Shown here piece after piece: positions 47,723-50,630 of a DNA stretch of 50,630 bases (positions within the stretch are counted from its first letter, which is position 1; each line of letters opens with the position of its first letter). Source of the stretch: Basidiobolus meristosporus CBS 931.73 (Eukaryota; Fungi; Basidiobolomycota); contig MCFE01000641.1 of NCBI GenBank assembly GCA_002104905.1, positions 1-50,630 on the forward strand. Reading direction: 5' to 3'. The notes below the pieces were generated by a model, which did not search any database, was not told where the DNA came from, and worked only from the letters and a program-made list of their open reading frames with translations. A program made the position numbers and the translations under genes.

Positions 47723-48650
47723 TAGGGTTAGGGAGGGAAAGTCACCAAAGTAGGTGAAATCTTTATTTGATTTCAGACAAGTCTAACTACAAATAAAGAA
47801 GCCAGCTGGGAATAGAAGATTCCCAAAGTAAATACTAAGTTGAATATGAATAAATCTAAGCTAAAGTTAAGGCAGTATCCCAGAGTACACTGGAGTTCAG
47901 GTTCATGGGGGAGTGAAGTAGATAAGCTTGAGAGATATAATAATCTTTTAAGAAGTGGGTAACAGCAGGTGAAGGGGAGTTTTTGATAAGTGAAGTGAAT
48001 CTTGAGATCAGAGATTCCTCTAATGAGAAGGTCTTGTAAACTGGAGAATCAGGAAACTCTTTGAAGGCATGGTCAGTAGGTTCGCAGTAAAACTGGTCAG
48101 AGACATTTTGAGAGAATTGTGTTGCAATACTTTTGTCAAGTACTACCTCCAGAGTGTGATGGTTGATAAATCTCATGTTAACAATCTTGGATAAGTTGTA
48201 ACCTTGTTGCTTGAGATACATCCTATGCTCAGATATAGGAATAAACTCCACATTGGCAAAGTAGCAGACAGCCCAATCAGTAGCAGGAGGCAAATCAGAA
48301 GTGGCAGGAAACTTTCTTTTAGTCTTGGGAGGAGCAGCAGGATGTCTTGAGGAAGCAGGAACAGACTTTTTGACAACTTCAGAGTAGGAAGAGTGAGCAG
48401 GAGCAGATGATTCTTGGGGAGTCTTGTTGGCAGGAAGAGTTGGCTCAGGGACAATAGATTCTTGCAGATCAGAGAAGGCAGAAAAGAGCTTTTGAACTTG
48501 TTTCTTGAGTAGAGCATTTTCAGCTTCAACAAGTGCAAGCCTTTCCTCAAGGAAAGAAATCTGAAGGGAATGGAGTGAAGGCATAAGAAATAAGAAGAAG
48601 CGGGTAAGATGGGGTGGGTGGGTGGGAAAATTAGCAGGGAGAAGAGAAGG
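47723..48650 (-). mobile_element. Telomeric module 6: ORF1/gag-like module with its own shared 3' motif
   Basis: Motif 47728-47803; truncated at GAAGAGAAGG relative to the longer copy (39461-39480). Confidence 0.9.
47856..48584 (-). CDS. ORF1-like (gag-like) nucleic-acid-binding protein, about 242 aa
   Basis: Coiled coil LEERLALVEAENALLKKQVQKL, SYSEVV motif, low-complexity linker, RRM-like YFANVEFIPISEHRMYLKQQGYNLSKIVNMRFINHHTLEVVLD. Resembles ORF1 of zygomycete LINEs (from memory). Confidence 0.65.
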   Translation of the reverse strand: MPSLHSLQISFLEERLALVEAENALLKKQVQKLFSAFSDLQESIVPEPTLPANKTPQESSAPAHSSYSEVVKKSVPASSRHPAAPPKTKRKFPATSDLPPATDWAVCYFANVEFIPISEHRMYLKQQGYNLSKIVNMRFINHHTLEVVLDKSIATQFSQNVSDQFYCEPTDHAFKEFPDSPVYKTFSLEESLISRFTSLIKNSPSPAVTHFLKDYYISQAYLLHSPMNLNSSVLWDTALTLA

Positions 48651-48904
48651 GTTAGGGGGGAGGAAAGTCACCAAGTGGTGAAATTTTTATTTACTTATGA
48701 CAAGTATCCAAAGAAGCCATGTTAATCTGAAGTAATTCCTAGAAAGCTAGGTCTGAGAGATATCTTCCTGGTAAGCCAGGTCTGAGAGTTGAGAAGCTGA
48801 GTGGTACTGTATTTCCTAGTTAGCTAGGTCTGAGAGAGGTTTCCTGGAAAGCCAGGCCTGAGAAGTGAGAATCTGAGTATATCTGAGGTGAGTTTTACTG
48901 ATTT
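48651..48904 (-). mobile_element. Telomeric module 7: 5'-truncated SINE-like unit (variant)
   Basis: First 250 bp of the 530-bp unit, with a diverged distal end. Confidence 0.88.
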
Positions 48905-49435
48905 GGTTAGGGGGAGGAAAGTCACCAAGTGGTGAAATCTTTATTTACTTATGACAAGTATCTAAAGAAGCCAAGTTAATCTGAAGTAATTCCTAGAAAG
49001 CTAGGTCTGAGAGATATCTTCCTGGTAAGCCAGGTCTGAGAGTTGAGAAGCTGAGTGGTACTATATTTCCTAGTTAGCTAGGTCTGAGAGAGGTTTCCTG
49101 GAAAGCCAGGCCTGAGAAGTGAGAATCTGAATATATCTGAGCTAAGTTATACTGGTTTGCGGTAGCTGAATTGTGGCCGGAATGGCCAGTAGACTGGGGG
49201 AACTGAGATGAATTTCTGGGCGATCACTGGCCAAATATACTAGGCAAATCTGGCCAATTAGCATTTCAAGGATTTCAGCCAATCAGAGCCTTTACTTTGC
49301 CCGATGGTTGATCAAGCCATCTCCCAATGAGCACACATCAATTTATTAATCAAATTTTGCTGGATCCAGGATTTGAACCCACCACCATGGGTATGGAAGG
49401 GTTAGGGATAACCACAAGGCTAAGTGTTCTTGGTT
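48905..49435 (-). mobile_element. Telomeric module 8: full-length tRNA-headed SINE-like unit
   Basis: A box 49422-49412, B box 49379-49369, non-coding body, shared 3' motif. Confidence 0.85.
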
Positions 49436-49980
49436 GGGTTAGGGTTAGGGTTAGGGGGGAGGAAAGTCACCAAGTGGTGAAATCTTTATTTACTTATGAC
49501 AAGTATCTAAAGAAGCCAAGTTAATCTGAAGTTATTCCTAGAAAGCTAGGTCTGAGAGATATCTTCCTGGTAAGCCAGGTCTGAGAGTTGAGAAGCTGAG
49601 TGGTACTATATTTCCTAGTTAGCTAGGTCTGAGAGAGGTTTCCTGGAAAGCCAGGCCTGAGAAGTGAGAATCTGAATATATCTGAGCTAAGTTATACTGG
49701 TTTGCGGTAGCTGAATTGTGGCCGGAATGGCCAGTAGACTGGGGGAACTGAGATGAATTTCTGGGCGATCACTGGCCAAATTTACTAGGCAAATCTGGCC
49801 AATTAGCATTTCAAGGATTTCAGCCAATCAGAGCCTTTACTTTGCCCGATGGTTGATCAAGCCATCTCCCAATGAGCACACATCAATTTATTAATCAAAT
49901 TTTTGCTGGATCCAGGATTTGAACCCACAACCATGAGTATGGAAGGGTTAGGGATAACCACAAGGCTAAGTGTTCTTGGT
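49436..49980 (-). mobile_element. Telomeric module 9: full-length tRNA-headed SINE-like unit preceded by three telomere repeats
   Basis: A box 49968-49958, B box 49925-49915; same 5' end as its neighbours. Confidence 0.85.
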
Positions 49981-50510
49981 GGGTTAGGGGGAGGAAAGTC
50001 ACCAAGTGGTGAAATCTTTATTTACTTATGACAAGCATCTAAAGAAGCCAAGTTAATCTGAAGTAATTCCTAGAAAGCTAGGTCTGAGAGATATCTTCCT
50101 GGTAAGCCAGGTCTGAGAGTTGAGAAGCTGAGTGGTACTATATTTCCTAGTTAGCTAGGTCTGAGAGAGGTTTCCTGGAAAGCCAGGCCTGAGAAGTGAG
50201 AATCTGAATATATCTGAGCTAAGTTATCATGGTTTGCGGTAGCTGAATTGTGGCCGGAATGGCCAGTAGACTGGGGGAACTGAGATGTATTTCTGGGCGA
50301 TCACTGGCCAAATTTACTAGGCAAATCTGGCCAATTAGCATTTCAAGGATTTCAGCCAATCAGAGCCTTTACTTTGCCCGATGGTTGATCAAGCCATCTC
50401 CCAATGAGCACACATCAATTTATTGATCAAATTTTGCTGGATCCAGGATTTGAACCCACAACCATGGGTATGGAAGGGTTAGGGATAACCACAAGGCTAA
50501 GTGTTCTTGG
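49981..50510 (-). mobile_element. Telomeric module 10: terminal full-length tRNA-headed SINE-like unit
   Basis: A box 50499-50489, B box 50456-50446; directly capped by the telomere. Confidence 0.85.
50446..50499 (-). promoter_or_regulatory. Internal RNA polymerase III (type 2) promoter: A box TAGCCTTGTGG and B box GGTTCAAATCC
   Basis: Matches to the A and B consensus at tRNA-like spacing (31 nt between GGTTA and TTC); repeated in three units. Confidence 0.75.
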
Positions 50511-50630
50511 TTAGGTTAGGGTTAGGGTTAGGGTTAGGGTTAGGGTTAGGGTTAGGGTTAGGGTTAGGGTTAGGGTTAGGGTTAGGGTTAGGGTTAGGGT
50601 TAGGGTTAGGGTTAGGGTTAGGGTTAGGTT
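50511..50630 (+). repeat. Telomere (TTAGGG)n, about 120 bp, G-strand running to the sequence end
   Basis: Perfect TTAGGG tract after one TTAGG variant; terminates the sequence. Confidence 0.98.

Noticed and set aside
49369-49430. Functional tRNA gene
   Set aside because: A and B boxes are present but the acceptor and anticodon stems do not pair; treated as a SINE head.
49327-49524. 65-aa ORF across a SINE junction
   Set aside because: It reads through telomere repeats (WVRVRVRG) on the non-sense strand; spurious.
38549-50100. Hammerhead ribozyme in the shared 3' motif, as in Terminons
   Set aside because: No CUGANGA...GAAA core is visible in the motif on the sense strand.
48651-50510. CRISPR-like reading of the repeated hairpins and units
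   Set aside because: Eukaryotic context, no unique spacers, no cas genes; the units are near-identical retro-copies.

Overview
This is the right-hand end of a eukaryotic chromosome, most likely from an early-diverging fungus. That placement is inferred from Chs5, a Pho85-type cyclin, a UBAP1-like gene, short GT-AG introns and a (TTAGGG)n telomere. Layout: (1) 1-5092, nested Ty1/copia LTR elements, one with an intact pol frame; (2) about 5900-27600, a CpG-rich gene island (NIPA-type transporter, MscS channel, RasGEF, Pcl/Clg1-like cyclin, KXD1, CHS5, UBAP1-like, Cys-rich secreted proteins, an acyltransferase pseudogene, a DUF3472-like secreted protein); (3) 27674-36755, a cluster of copia elements and LTRs; (4) 38549-50630, a subtelomeric head-to-tail array ending in about 120 bp of TTAGGG. 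The array is the main finding. Ten minus-strand modules each start (on +) with a (T)TAGGG-G(n) junction followed by a shared 3' motif that folds into two hairpins (one abortive module keeps only part of it). The bodies are otherwise unrelated: two subfamilies of LINE-type RT with no visible endonuclease, a stand-alone ORF1/gag-like gene, a roughly 530-bp tRNA-headed SINE whose head contains CCCTAACCC, and an abortive mini-insert. Orientation, 5' truncations and telomere-repeat caps fit reverse transcription primed directly on the chromosome 3' end. This suggests a modular telomere-extending retroelement system (RT + ORF1 + SINE). All family assignments come from motif recognition by eye; no searches were run.
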